A DNA stretch of 64,000 nt from Candidatus Nezhaarchaeota archaeon (GTDB lineage: Archaea > Thermoproteota > Methanomethylicia > Nezhaarchaeales > WYZ-LMO8): positions 894,581-958,580 of the forward strand of contig JASFYF010000001.1 in assembly GCA_030055465.1 (NCBI GenBank), written 5' to 3'. Below are positions 1 through 8,907 of the stretch, piece by piece. Each line of letters opens with the position of its first letter. Position 1 is the stretch's first letter. The notes beneath the pieces were generated by a model that made no database searches, was not told the origin of the DNA, and saw only the letters and a program-made list of their open reading frames with translations. A program made the position numbers and the translations under genes.

Positions 1-24
1 GCGCCTCGCGGCGCTGCATGGTAG

Positions 25-1683
25 ACCCAGCACATTGGCGCCTCCTTTTTACCTTGGTCTACGCTCGAGAAGATGTGCGGAAACCTACTTCAGAGCATAA
101 AGGTCGACATCAAGATACCCGGCTTCTTGGTTATAGATACACCAGGCCACGGGGTCTTTGTAAACCTTAGAAGGAGGGGTGGTTCGATAGCCGACATGGC
201 CGTCCTAGTCATAGATATACTTGAAGGATTTGAGGAGATAACGCATGAATGCCTTGAGATTCTGAAAGCACGAAGAGTGCCTTTCGTCGTGGCCGCCAAC
301 AAGATAGACAAAATCCCCGGATGGATTGAAGGGGAGTTCAGGCCCTTCGTTGAAGCTGTTAAGCATCAACCACCTCACGTTCAGAAGAGGCTTGACGAGC
401 TCGTGTACAGCATAGTGGCTAAGTTTGAGGAGCTCGGCTTTCAAGCCGACAGATACGATAGGGTAAGGGACTTCACGAGGACGGTCGCCGTTATACCTAC
501 AAGCGCAAAGAGCGGCGAAGGAATACCTGATCTACTGCTCGTGCTGGCTGGATTATCCCAGAGGTACATGATTAAGAAGCTCTACGTCAGCGATGCGCCA
601 GCTAAAGGCGTCGTGTTGGAGTGCAGGGATGTGACCGGTCTGGGCACGGTTGCCGATGTTATAATTTACGATGGTGTCTTGAAGAGAGATGACACGGTGG
701 TTCTAGGTGGCGTTGAAGGGCCTATTGTGACTAGGATAAGGGGCATATTGATGCCGAAGCCTATGGATGAAATGAGGGATCCCGAGGACAAGTTCAAGAG
801 CGTCGACGAAGTCGCCGCAGCGGCCGGGGTTAGAATAGTGGCGCCCGGTCTTGGCGAGGCCATGGCTGGAGGACCTATATTCTCGGCGAGGAGTCAGGCT
901 GACGTGGAGGCTGCCGTAAGACTGGTATCCGAGGAGATATCGAAAATCAGGGTTACAACTGACGTTCTAGGTGTCGTGGTGAAAGCGGATACTCTAGGTT
1001 CACTGGAGGCGCTGGTCTCAAGGTTGCGGGAGCTTGGAGTTCCGGTGAGGATTGCAGATGTCGGCAAAATCTCGAAGAGGGATGTAATCGAGGCTACCAT
1101 AACGAGGGACAAAGACCCCTATAGGGGTGTGATACTAGCGTTTAATGTGGATGCGTACCCTGATGCTAGGGAGGAGCTTGAAAGCAGGGGGATACCGGTC
1201 TTCGCAAGCAACGTGATTTACAGGCTCATGGACGACTACTTAGACTGGGTTAAGAAGAGGATGGATGAAGAGAAGAGGCGGACCATGGCCTCAATGGTAC
1301 TGCCCGGCAAAGCCCAGTTGCTGAAGGGCTACGTTTTCAGGAGGAGCGACCCAGCAATAGTCGGAGTCGAGGTTCTAGCGGGAAGATTGAAGTCCGGTTA
1401 TCCAATCATTAACTCCAAGGGGAGGAGGCTGGGAACAATAATGCAGATCCAGGACCAGAAGAAGAGTATAAGCGAAGCCGTGGCAGGGCAGTCTGTCGCG
1501 ATATCAATTAGGGGCGACGTGATCGTTGGAAGACACGTAGATGAGGGAGACTACGTCTACGTTGATGTACCCTTCGAGCACGCCAAAGCATTAAAAGAGA
1601 AGTTTTCGGATCAGCTGTCAAAGGAAGAGCTTGAGCTCCTAGAGGAGATATTAAAGATAAAGCGGGCGGCGGGAAGAACGTGA
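25..1683 (+). CDS. infB: translation initiation factor aIF5B (IF2-type GTPase); 5' part missing or interrupted at the window edge
   Basis: Translation from nt 25 reads TQHIGASF..VIDTPGH..AANKIDK, which are GTPase switch-1, G3 and G4 motifs, followed by the long C-terminal domains typical of aIF5B. The ATG at 73 in the track is internal. There is an in-frame TAG at 22-24. Confidence 0.85.
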   Translation, partial: TQHIGASFLPWSTLEKMCGNLLQSIKVDIKIPGFLVIDTPGHGVFVNLRRRGGSIADMAVLVIDILEGFEEITHECLEILKARRVPFVVAANKIDKIPGWIEGEFRPFVEAVKHQPPHVQKRLDELVYSIVAKFEELGFQADRYDRVRDFTRTVAVIPTSAKSGEGIPDLLLVLAGLSQRYMIKKLYVSDAPAKGVVLECRDVTGLGTVADVIIYDGVLKRDDTVVLGGVEGPIVTRIRGILMPKPMDEMRDPEDKFKSVDEVAAAAGVRIVAPGLGEAMAGGPIFSARSQADVEAAVRLVSEEISKIRVTTDVLGVVVKADTLGSLEALVSRLRELGVPVRIADVGKISKRDVIEATITRDKDPYRGVILAFNVDAYPDAREELESRGIPVFASNVIYRLMDDYLDWVKKRMDEEKRRTMASMVLPGKAQLLKGYVFRRSDPAIVGVEVLAGRLKSGYPIINSKGRRLGTIMQIQDQKKSISEAVAGQSVAISIRGDVIVGRHVDEGDYVYVDVPFEHAKALKEKFSDQLSKEELELLEEILKIKRAAGRT

Positions 1684-1797
1684 AGGCCCCTCTTTCTTCG
1701 AGGCATCAGCGTAGAAGAGCCCTTCGACCTCAAAGTTTTTAGCTGAGTCAATCGGTGAGTTCCCGATAAGGGGTGGATAGGAACGCCGGAGTTTAAG

Positions 1798-2136
1798 GTG
1801 GTAGTATCAGACCCGAAGACCGGGAAAGCGCAGCAGGTGTCTGTGAGCGGACCTCAAGCTAATGCGCTTATAGGACTTCGCATAGGCGATGAAGTGGATG
1901 GAACCATAATAGGGATGCCTGGGTTAAAGCTCGAAATACGAGGTGGAAGCGATAGGGGAGGAGCGCCCATGAGAGCGGAGCTACCCGGTCCCGTAAAGAA
2001 GAGGCTGTTGCTCAGCGAGGGGCCCGGCTTTAGGCCGAAGAAGAAGGGTTTAAGGAAGAGAAAGCTGGTTCGCGGAAACGTGGTAACCGATGATATAGTT
2101 CAAGTAAACATGGTAATAAAGCATGAGGGTGGATGA
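1798..2136 (+). CDS. rps6e: 30S ribosomal protein S6e
   Basis: [37 protein letters not shown] matches the eS6 family. GTG start; no upstream in-frame ATG before the stop at 1756. Confidence 0.85.
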   Translation: MVVSDPKTGKAQQVSVSGPQANALIGLRIGDEVDGTIIGMPGLKLEIRGGSDRGGAPMRAELPGPVKKRLLLSEGPGFRPKKKGLRKRKLVRGNVVTDDIVQVNMVIKHEGG

Positions 2137-3423
2137 GTTGGCCGAGGGCTTGAGGATTCAGGCGGAGCTGAACATAGGCACTGCAGGTCACGTAGATCAT
2201 GGGAAAACCACCTTGACGTGGGCGCTGTCCGGGGTGTGGGCTGCGAAGCACTCAGAGGAGCTTAGAAGAGGAATAACGTTGAGGCTGGGATATGCTGACA
2301 CCATCGTGCTAAGGTGCCCTAAGTGTCCTCCACCTCAATGCTACACAACCTACGCCATGTCAGGCGAGACGTGCAAGCACTGCGGCTCCAAGCTCGAATT
2401 CGTAAGGAAGTACTCATTTGTGGATTGCCCAGGTCACGAAATTGCACGCCCATAATGGACGTGCAACGTGAAATGCTCATGGCTACGATGCTGGCGGGGG
2501 CAACGCTTTTCGACGGTGCAATCCTAGTAGTAGACGCAACGGTTCCATGCCCTCAACCCCAGACGAGGGAACACGTGAAGGCCTTGGAGATATTGGATAT
2601 AAGGAACGTCGTGGTTGTGCAGAACAAGGTGGAAGTGGTTCCAAGGGAGAAGGTGCTCCAAAACTACAGGCAGATAAGGGAGTTTCTAGCCGACACCATA
2701 CTCAGGGATGCACCCATAATACCCATCTCAGCACTTCACAGAGCAAACCTTGACGCTTTGCTCGAAGCCATAGAGAAGCACATACCGACGCCCAAGAGAG
2801 ATCCAAACAAGCCCTTCAAGGCTCTGATAGCCAGGTCCTTTGACGTCAATAAGCCTGGCACGGCGCCAGAAGACCTCAAGGGTGGCGTGCTGGGGGGGTC
2901 TATAGTACAAGGCATTGCTAGGGTGGGCGACGAGATAGAGGTTAAGCCAGGCATCAGAATTGAGAGGGGCGGGGGAAGGGCAGAGTACGAGCCCCTTTTC
3001 AGCGAGATAGTGAGCTTGAAGGCCAGCGACATAGAATTAGAGGAGGCAAAACCAGGCGGCCTGATAGGCTTTGGAACTAAGCTGGACCCATCACTAACGA
3101 AAGCGGACTCGATGGCTGGTAGCATAATAGGCAAGCCCGGAACGCTTCCACCCGTACTAACGCAGGTAAACATGGAGTTGTCGCTTTTCGAGAGGGTCGT
3201 CGGGACAGTGGAGATGGCTAAAGTAGACAACGTTAAGCTCAACGAGGTCTTAATGTTGAGCGTTGGCACCACCGCTACGTTGGGCGTTGTGATCAAAGCG
3301 TCAAGGGATGTAGTGACTTTGAAGCTTCGAAGGCCTATATGCGCTGAGCCTGGGACAAGGGTGGCTGTAAGCCGCCAGCTTGAGGGTAGGTTCAGGCTTA
3401 TAGGCTATGGAATCATAAAGTAG
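2123..3423 (+). CDS. eif2g: translation initiation factor aIF2 gamma subunit, interrupted: join(2123..2440,2473..3423)
   Basis: ORF 2123-2455 carries GHVDHGKTT, a zinc knuckle (CPKC..CKHC) and DCPGHE. ORF 2323-3423 carries [21 protein letters not shown] plus domains II and III. The two frames join only if 32 nt are removed. Confidence 0.9.
2441..2472 (+). other. candidate bulge-helix-bulge (BHB) intron inside the aIF2-gamma mRNA
   Basis: A 4-bp helix, CACG (2435-2438) with CGTG (2467-2470), is flanked by AAA bulges at 2439-2441 and 2471-2473. An inner 7-bp helix, TTGCACG (2442-2448) with CGTGCAA (2460-2466), closes an 11-nt loop. Excision restores the frame and the [11 protein letters not shown] motif. 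Confidence 0.7.
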
Positions 3424-3444
3424 GAGGCCACAAACATAGTTGAA

Positions 3445-3828
3445 GTGCTCTTTGACACCAACCTTTTGATGATGATGTTTGAGAGGCCCATAAATATCGT
3501 AGGTGAAGTGGAGTCACTACTCGAAGTTAAAGTGGAACCGGTAGTCCTAAGGGCGCAGCTTATAGAGCTCGAAAACATATCGAAGTCGAGGAGGAGCAAA
3601 GCGTCGAAAATAGCGAGGACCTTACTAGACCTGATCCGGAGGAAGTTTAAAGTTGTTGAGGGGTTTGGCGCCACGGTGGACGATGCGATTGTGGATGTAG
3701 CCAAAAGGGGCCTCCTAATGGTGGCAACAAACGACTGGGAGCTAAGGCGGAAGCTTAGGGAAAACGGTGTAACAGTCATATACCTGAGGAGGGACGGGAA
3801 AATCATGGTTGAAGGCTGTGCGCCTTAG
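3445..3828 (+). CDS. PIN-domain nuclease (Fcf1/Utp24-like)
   Basis: N-terminal VLFDTNLL, an internal acidic residue, and C-terminal ATND..LR pattern of PIN domains. It sits in the conserved position between aIF2-gamma and rpoE. Confidence 0.6.
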   Translation: MLFDTNLLMMMFERPINIVGEVESLLEVKVEPVVLRAQLIELENISKSRRSKASKIARTLLDLIRRKFKVVEGFGATVDDAIVDVAKRGLLMVATNDWELRRKLRENGVTVIYLRRDGKIMVEGCAP

Positions 3829-3915
3829 CTTTCGTGAAAAAGTTTATTACAAAAAGCTCTAAGGTCTCTACATTTACGCGAAACTTGTCTAGTGAAGAGT
3901 AGCGGTGAACTCACG

Positions 3916-4491
3916 ATGTATTACTTGGCTACCATAATTGATGAGGTGAGGATACCTCCAGATAGGTTCAGCGAGGACCTCGAAAGCGTAGCCTTTGACA
4001 GTTTAAAGTCAGCTTATGAGGGGCTCGTGATAAAAGGTCTTGGAATAATCGTCGCCGTCTTGGAAGTGAAGGTTTCTCCGGAAGGCAGGATAATCCCTGG
4101 GGATGGCGCCACATACCATAAAGCCAAGTTTGATGCCCTGGTATTCTCCCCTATCGAAGGTGAAGTCGTGGAGGGAGAGGTAACCGAGGTGCTCGAGTTC
4201 GGCGCCTTCGTCCGGCTGGGTCCTGTAGAAGGCTTAGTCCACATATCCCAGGTTGCCGATGACTACATTTCATACGATAAAAAGAAGGGCGAGCTCCTCT
4301 GCAAGCAGCTTAGGCGCAAGCTGGCTAAAGGGGACTCCGTGAGGGCAAGAGTGGTGACCTTAAGCATGAGCGGAATGAAGCTCAACGAAGTCAAGGTGGG
4401 ATTAACTATGAGGCAGCCGTTTTTGGGGAAGATAGAGTGGATAGAGGAGGACCTTAAAAAGGAGAAGGCAGCAAAGGTGAAGAAGGGTTGA
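3916..4491 (+). CDS. rpoE: DNA-directed RNA polymerase subunit Rpo7 (E')
   Basis: MYYLATIIDEVRIPP.. N-terminal domain plus an S1 fold (GEVVEGEVTEVLEFGAFVRLGPVEGLVHISQV). The ATG at 3916 is preferred over the GTG at 3892 in the track. Confidence 0.85.
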   Translation: MYYLATIIDEVRIPPDRFSEDLESVAFDSLKSAYEGLVIKGLGIIVAVLEVKVSPEGRIIPGDGATYHKAKFDALVFSPIEGEVVEGEVTEVLEFGAFVRLGPVEGLVHISQVADDYISYDKKKGELLCKQLRRKLAKGDSVRARVVTLSMSGMKLNEVKVGLTMRQPFLGKIEWIEEDLKKEKAAKVKKG

Positions 4492-4697
4492 GCAGGAAGT
4501 CCTCAGCTAGGTTTAAGTGCTGTTTGAAGTGCAGGCTTCTGCTTCAAAGCCAGGCGAACATATGCCCAAACTGTAAATCAGATAACTTCAGCTTCGACTG
4601 GAGCGGGCTGGTAGTGGTCTTCGACCCGGAGAACTCCGCTATAGCTAAGATGCTTAAAATAACGAAGCCGGGAAAATACGCTATAAAGTGCAGGTAG
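4488..4697 (+). CDS. spt4: transcription elongation factor Spt4 (RpoE'')
   Basis: Zn-ribbon CLKC..CPNC followed by W.G.V.V.DPE.S..A. It is located directly after rpoE as in most archaea. Confidence 0.8.
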   Translation: MSRKSSARFKCCLKCRLLLQSQANICPNCKSDNFSFDWSGLVVVFDPENSAIAKMLKITKPGKYAIKCR

Positions 4698-4703
4698 AGG
4701 GGC

Positions 4704-5249
4704 TTGAAGGTTAAAGCGTATAGAGTAAACGAAAAGCTTCGAGGCGAGCTCAGCAAACCGTGGGGTACGCTGTTAACCAACGAGGAGATAGCTTCAGGCG
4801 GGCTTGAAGAAGCCCTTCGGTTGTTGAGGCCCACTCTCGTTGTGACCGTGGGCGATGTGACGACACACCTCTTCTTGGAGAGGGGCATCGATGTGAGGGC
4901 AGCGCTGGTAGACATGAGGACGCTGAGAGGGCCTTACTGTTCAAGCTTGCTGAACAAACTACCCCTCACATGCGAGTTGGTGAACCCTCCGGGCCACATA
5001 ATCTCTTCGGCGATGGAACACATAGTGAGGGCCGCCGATGTGGGCGGGCTACTTAAAGTGAGGGGAGAAGAGGACCTCCTCGTTATACCAGCGGTGCTGG
5101 CCCTCCCCGAGGGAGCCGTTGTAGCCTATGGTCAACCAAGGGTTGGGGTAGTACTAATAAGGGTGGATAAAAATAAGAAGGAGAAGGCTGAGGAAATGCT
5201 GAGATTGATGGAGGAGGTTGAGGTTGATGTCGATGCAGTACCAGGTTAA
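4704..5249 (+). CDS. GTP-dependent dephospho-CoA kinase (DUF359 family)
   Basis: VVTVGDVTT and RGEEDLLVIPAVL motifs characteristic of DUF359. Conserved neighbourhood with spt4 and S24e. Confidence 0.7.
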   Translation: MKVKAYRVNEKLRGELSKPWGTLLTNEEIASGGLEEALRLLRPTLVVTVGDVTTHLFLERGIDVRAALVDMRTLRGPYCSSLLNKLPLTCELVNPPGHIISSAMEHIVRAADVGGLLKVRGEEDLLVIPAVLALPEGAVVAYGQPRVGVVLIRVDKNKKEKAEEMLRLMEEVEVDVDAVPG

Positions 5250-5553
5250 GGTGTTGAGAAGCGTTGATAACAAGGTGTTAAACAGGAAGGAGCTCGTACT
5301 TCATGTGGATCACTCGGGCTCCAAGACCCCTACTAGAGATGAAGTGAGGGGCCTAGTTTCGTCGATGCTTGGTGTACCATTAAACTTGGTGGTTGTCAAA
5401 AGCCTGAAAACCCTTTCGGGAACCAACGTTACCGAGGGACACATCCACGTGTACGGGGACGAGAAGGCCCTAGAAGATGTGGAGGCGAAGCACATCAAGC
5501 TGAGGAACTTCGGCAAGAAGGATGAAGAGTCGAAGGGCGAGGAAAAGAAGTAG
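5227..5553 (+). CDS. rps24e: 30S ribosomal protein S24e
   Basis: NKVLNRKELVLHVDHSGSKTPTRDEVR..YGDEKALEDVE matches the eS24 family. The ATG at 5227 or 5233 is preferred over the TTG at 5218. Confidence 0.85.
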   Translation: MSMQYQVKVLRSVDNKVLNRKELVLHVDHSGSKTPTRDEVRGLVSSMLGVPLNLVVVKSLKTLSGTNVTEGHIHVYGDEKALEDVEAKHIKLRNFGKKDEESKGEEKK

Positions 5554-5566
5554 CGGAGGACGATAA

Positions 5567-6571
5567 TTGAAGGACCTCCTGGTTTTAGGGATAGAGTCCA
5601 CAGCCCATACATTCGGTTGCGGAATAGTCAGCGGCGAAGGCGAAGTAGCAGCTGATGAGAGGAGTACCTACATCCCATCTAAGGGCGGTATACATCCTAG
5701 GGAGAGCGCTCAACACCATTCATCCGTGGCCCCCGGCCTAGTGAAGAGGGCGCTGAGTGCGTCGGGCTTAAGCGCGAATGATATAAGCGCCGTTGCCGTC
5801 GCGCTCGGACCTGGATTAGGCCCCTGCTTGAGGGTCGGCGCCACCATAGCTAGGGCGCTCGCAGCCGCTTACGATAAACCGCTCATTCCCGTAAACCACG
5901 CAGTTGCTCATATAGAGATAGCGAAGCTTACAACTCGATTCCGGGATCCGCTTATAGTTTTCGTTTCAGGCGGCAACACCATAATATCTGCTTACTCCGA
6001 CGGGAGGTACAGGGTTTTCGGGGAAACGCTGGATTTAGCTTTGGGGAACATGCTTGATGCATTTGCCAGGGAGGCGGGTCTACCTCACCCAGGTGGACCT
6101 AAAGTTGAGGAGCTGGCCAAGAAGGGAAACAAGTTCATCAAGCTTCCCTACGTGGTGAAGGGGCAGGACGTCTCCTACTCTGGTTTGCTGACTGCCGCCC
6201 TCAAGCTCTTAAAAGAGGGCTTCAGGCTTGAAGATGTTTGTTACAGCCTTCAGGAATATGCTTTTGCCATGCTGGCCGAAGTTGTTGAGAGGGCTTTAGC
6301 GTTTACGGAGAAGAGGGAAGTTGTCTTAACTGGTGGAGTCGCCAGCAACGTGGAGCTTCAGAGGAAACTTGAAATGGTTGCCAAGGAGCACAACGCTGTC
6401 TTCGGCGTGGTTCCGAGGAGCCTTGCCGGGGACAATGGTGTTATGATAGCTTGGACCGGGGCGCTGGCCTACTCTCATGGAGTAACCATTGATGTTGCAG
6501 AAAGCCACGTAAGGCCGAGGTGGAGGCTTGATGAAGTCGATATACCTTGGGTTTCGAGGGGAACTAATTAA
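5567..6571 (+). CDS. kae1: tRNA N6-adenosine threonylcarbamoyltransferase Kae1 (KEOPS)
   Basis: LGIESTAHTFGCGIV, GIHPRESAQHH, VNHAVAHIE and GGVASN motifs of the Kae1/TsaD family. Confidence 0.9.
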   Translation: MKDLLVLGIESTAHTFGCGIVSGEGEVAADERSTYIPSKGGIHPRESAQHHSSVAPGLVKRALSASGLSANDISAVAVALGPGLGPCLRVGATIARALAAAYDKPLIPVNHAVAHIEIAKLTTRFRDPLIVFVSGGNTIISAYSDGRYRVFGETLDLALGNMLDAFAREAGLPHPGGPKVEELAKKGNKFIKLPYVVKGQDVSYSGLLTAALKLLKEGFRLEDVCYSLQEYAFAMLAEVVERALAFTEKREVVLTGGVASNVELQRKLEMVAKEHNAVFGVVPRSLAGDNGVMIAWTGALAYSHGVTIDVAESHVRPRWRLDEVDIPWVSRGTN

Positions 6572-7199
6572 AAAGGGCGCTGAGGCTGAACTGTACCTAG
6601 TGGACTTTCTGGGCGTGCCCGCAGTATTGAAACAAAGGGTTTCAAAGCCTTATAGAGCTAAGGAGCTCGACGATTACGTTAGGAGGGTGAGGACGGCGCA
6701 CGAGGCTACAATGATGTTTCACGCTAGAGTAAGTGGCGTGCCCGTACCAGCCATCTACGACGTCGATCCTAATGAAGGCATCATAATAATGGAGTACATA
6801 CCTGGAGCAACTCTTAGAGAGCTCACTGCGAGGGGCCTCAACGTGTCACCGCTCTTCAGGCTTGTGGGAGAATACGTCGGGAAAATGCATTGCAACGGCG
6901 TGGTCCACGGCGATTTGACCCCAGCCAACATGGTAGTCCCGGGTCTTGAAAAGCCGTTCATGATAGATTTTGGGCTGGCTGAAAGGAGCCGGGAGCTCGA
7001 AGCCATGGGGACCGACATCCACTTAATGTTGAGGGCTCTTGAAAGCACGTACTACCATAGAGTCAAGGAGCTTTTCAGTGCCTTCATTGAAGGCTACAGA
7101 ACCATCATGGGCAAAGAAGCCGAGATGGTCATTAAAAAGGTTAGGGAGATAAGGAGAAGGGGGAGGTACGTTGAGGAGAGGAGGGCCAAGATTCATTGA
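6531..7199 (+). CDS. bud32: KEOPS complex kinase Bud32
   Basis: Small atypical kinase: LIKKGAEAELY, HGDLTPANM, IDFGLA. It overlaps the kae1 3' end as a separate gene. Confidence 0.8.
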   Translation: MKSIYLGFRGELIKKGAEAELYLVDFLGVPAVLKQRVSKPYRAKELDDYVRRVRTAHEATMMFHARVSGVPVPAIYDVDPNEGIIIMEYIPGATLRELTARGLNVSPLFRLVGEYVGKMHCNGVVHGDLTPANMVVPGLEKPFMIDFGLAERSRELEAMGTDIHLMLRALESTYYHRVKELFSAFIEGYRTIMGKEAEMVIKKVREIRRRGRYVEERRAKIH

Positions 7200-7935
7200 T
7201 GTGCACTGCCACATCCACGATGAGGAATTTGATGGAGATAGGGACGCGGTTGTGGAGAGGGCCTTGATGCGCGGCGTTGAAATCATGGTGACGTCGAGTT
7301 TAAGCGCAGAGGAGCTCCAAAAAGCCATCGGCCTAGCTGAGAGGTACAGTTGCATTAGGGTTGCAGCTGGATTCAACCCTTCAAACACCTACGCATACGA
7401 GGCGGAAAGGCTAGCCGAAGAGGTGAGGAGGCTTAAGCATAGGCTGGTGGCGATAGGCGAGGTAGGCTTAGACTACCTTTCCATTAAGGGAAACGAGAGG
7501 GAGAAGCAGAGAAGCATCTTCAACTTTTGGATTGATGTGGCGTCTGAGATGGATTTACCGATTATTGTGCACTCGCGGAGCGCAGGCAAATACGCCGTAG
7601 AGATGCTGGTGGAGGAAGGCTGCAGCAGGGTCTTGATGCACGCTTTTGACGGAAGCAGCGGCTGGGCTTTGAAGGGCGCCTCAAAGGGTTTCTTCTTCTC
7701 TGTTCCACCCTCGATCGTCAGATCCCAACAAAAGGTGAAACTGGCGAGAGCTTTACCCCTCGACAACCTGATGGTTGAGAGCGATGCACCGGTCCTAGCC
7801 CCACAGCGGGAAGAGAGAAATGAACCATCAAACGTCGCCGTCGCAGCTGCGAAGATAGCTGAGCTCAAGAGGAAGGATCCCCTCGAGGTGTCTGAAGTCC
7901 TTTATTTAAATGCGAAGGATTTCTTCAAGTTATGA
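7171..7935 (+). CDS. tatD: TatD-family metal-dependent hydrolase
   Basis: FIDVHCHIHDEEF, IGEVGLDY, HSR and ESDAP motifs of the TatD family. Confidence 0.8.
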   Translation: MRRGGPRFIDVHCHIHDEEFDGDRDAVVERALMRGVEIMVTSSLSAEELQKAIGLAERYSCIRVAAGFNPSNTYAYEAERLAEEVRRLKHRLVAIGEVGLDYLSIKGNEREKQRSIFNFWIDVASEMDLPIIVHSRSAGKYAVEMLVEEGCSRVLMHAFDGSSGWALKGASKGFFFSVPPSIVRSQQKVKLARALPLDNLMVESDAPVLAPQREERNEPSNVAVAAAKIAELKRKDPLEVSEVLYLNAKDFFKL

Positions 7936-7938
7936 TAA

Positions 7939-8388
7939 CTAGAATATTAGCCTATCCTCCTCTTTCATCGTTCGAAGCACTATCAACGTCTGGGTTGAAG
8001 TAATGCCTTCGATTTCGCCTATCCTATCTATAACTTTGGCCAGCGCATCGCTGCTGCCGGCCCTAACCTTTAGGACCGCGTAGTACTCTCCAGTGACATC
8101 GTAGACCTCGTAAACGTCCTCTATTGCTGCGACCTGCTTCAATGCATCTTTATATTTCATCGGGTCAGCCTTCAGAAGTACTATTGCGGTAACTGCTTTG
8201 CCTACTCGAGCTGGGTCGACCACAGCCCTGAAACCCTTTATGACGCCGAGCTTCCTAAGCTTCTGCACCCTTAAATGTATGGTTGCTTCGCTGACGCCAA
8301 TTGTGGAGGCTATCTTAGAGAAAGGGGTTCTAGCATCCTCTTGAAGCATCCTGAGGATCTTCAAGTCGACTTCATCGAGGAACTCCAT
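7939..8388 (-). CDS. Lrp/AsnC family transcriptional regulator
   Basis: N-terminal HTH (DLKILRMLQEDARTPFSKIASTIGVSEATIHLRVQKL) plus a RAM domain. Confidence 0.85.
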   Translation of the reverse strand: MEFLDEVDLKILRMLQEDARTPFSKIASTIGVSEATIHLRVQKLRKLGVIKGFRAVVDPARVGKAVTAIVLLKADPMKYKDALKQVAAIEDVYEVYDVTGEYYAVLKVRAGSSDALAKVIDRIGEIEGITSTQTLIVLRTMKEEDRLIF

Positions 8389-8907
8389 AAGGGCTTTACG
8401 CCTCCTCCTACGAGGCTGAGGAGTTCTGAATTATATTTTTAGTGTCCTTGTTATTTAAGGCTTGAGGGATGATTGAAGACCTATAAATTGGAGTTTCAAT
8501 CCGTGTCCTCCAGCTTTGTGTTCTGCCTATTGAGCTCGTCGTTGAGCTTTCTGGATGAATTTGTCTCACTGCTCGTTGCGACGTCTCCTACTTCGCTTTC
8601 GCCTTGCAACTCTAGATAATCACATAGCTGAATCGTCAGCTAGCATGCTAGCTCAACTGCCTTGTGAGGATATTTACCGAACCGCCATTGAAGCGGAACC
8701 CCGCACTTCAGGGCGGAGAGGTCAGGTAGGATCAATCATTTTCGAGTTGGCGCGAAAACCGCAATGGACAGGTTCGACTTAGATTATTGTTCTACGGAGT
8801 TCATTGATGTATTCATCGACAAGCCGTCTATACATGCAGTTTTTCAAACAATTAATTCCCCCTTGAAGCGGCCTTCCCTTTGTAGAAAGGTCGCGGAGCT
8901 AAACCAA

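Noticed and set aside
22-24. The in-frame TAG in aIF5B read as pyrrolysine.
   Set aside because: The residues flanking it upstream do not match the conserved EAGGI motif at all. The problem is therefore loss of homology, not a single recoded codon. No pyl genes are in the window.
2440-2462. An alternative 23-nt excision in aIF2-gamma that also restores the frame, giving [14 protein letters not shown].
   Set aside because: It would insert 3 extra residues into the conserved switch-2 spacing, and there is no 3-nt bulge at its 3' cut site. The 32-nt excision (2441-2472) matches both the protein motif and the BHB geometry.
8555-8782. The 75-aa ORF in the Lrp-trm5 gap.
   Set aside because: It has low-complexity, Arg/Ser/Leu-rich, non-protein-like composition, no ribosome-binding site and no recognisable motif. 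The region is better treated as non-coding; see the corresponding finding.
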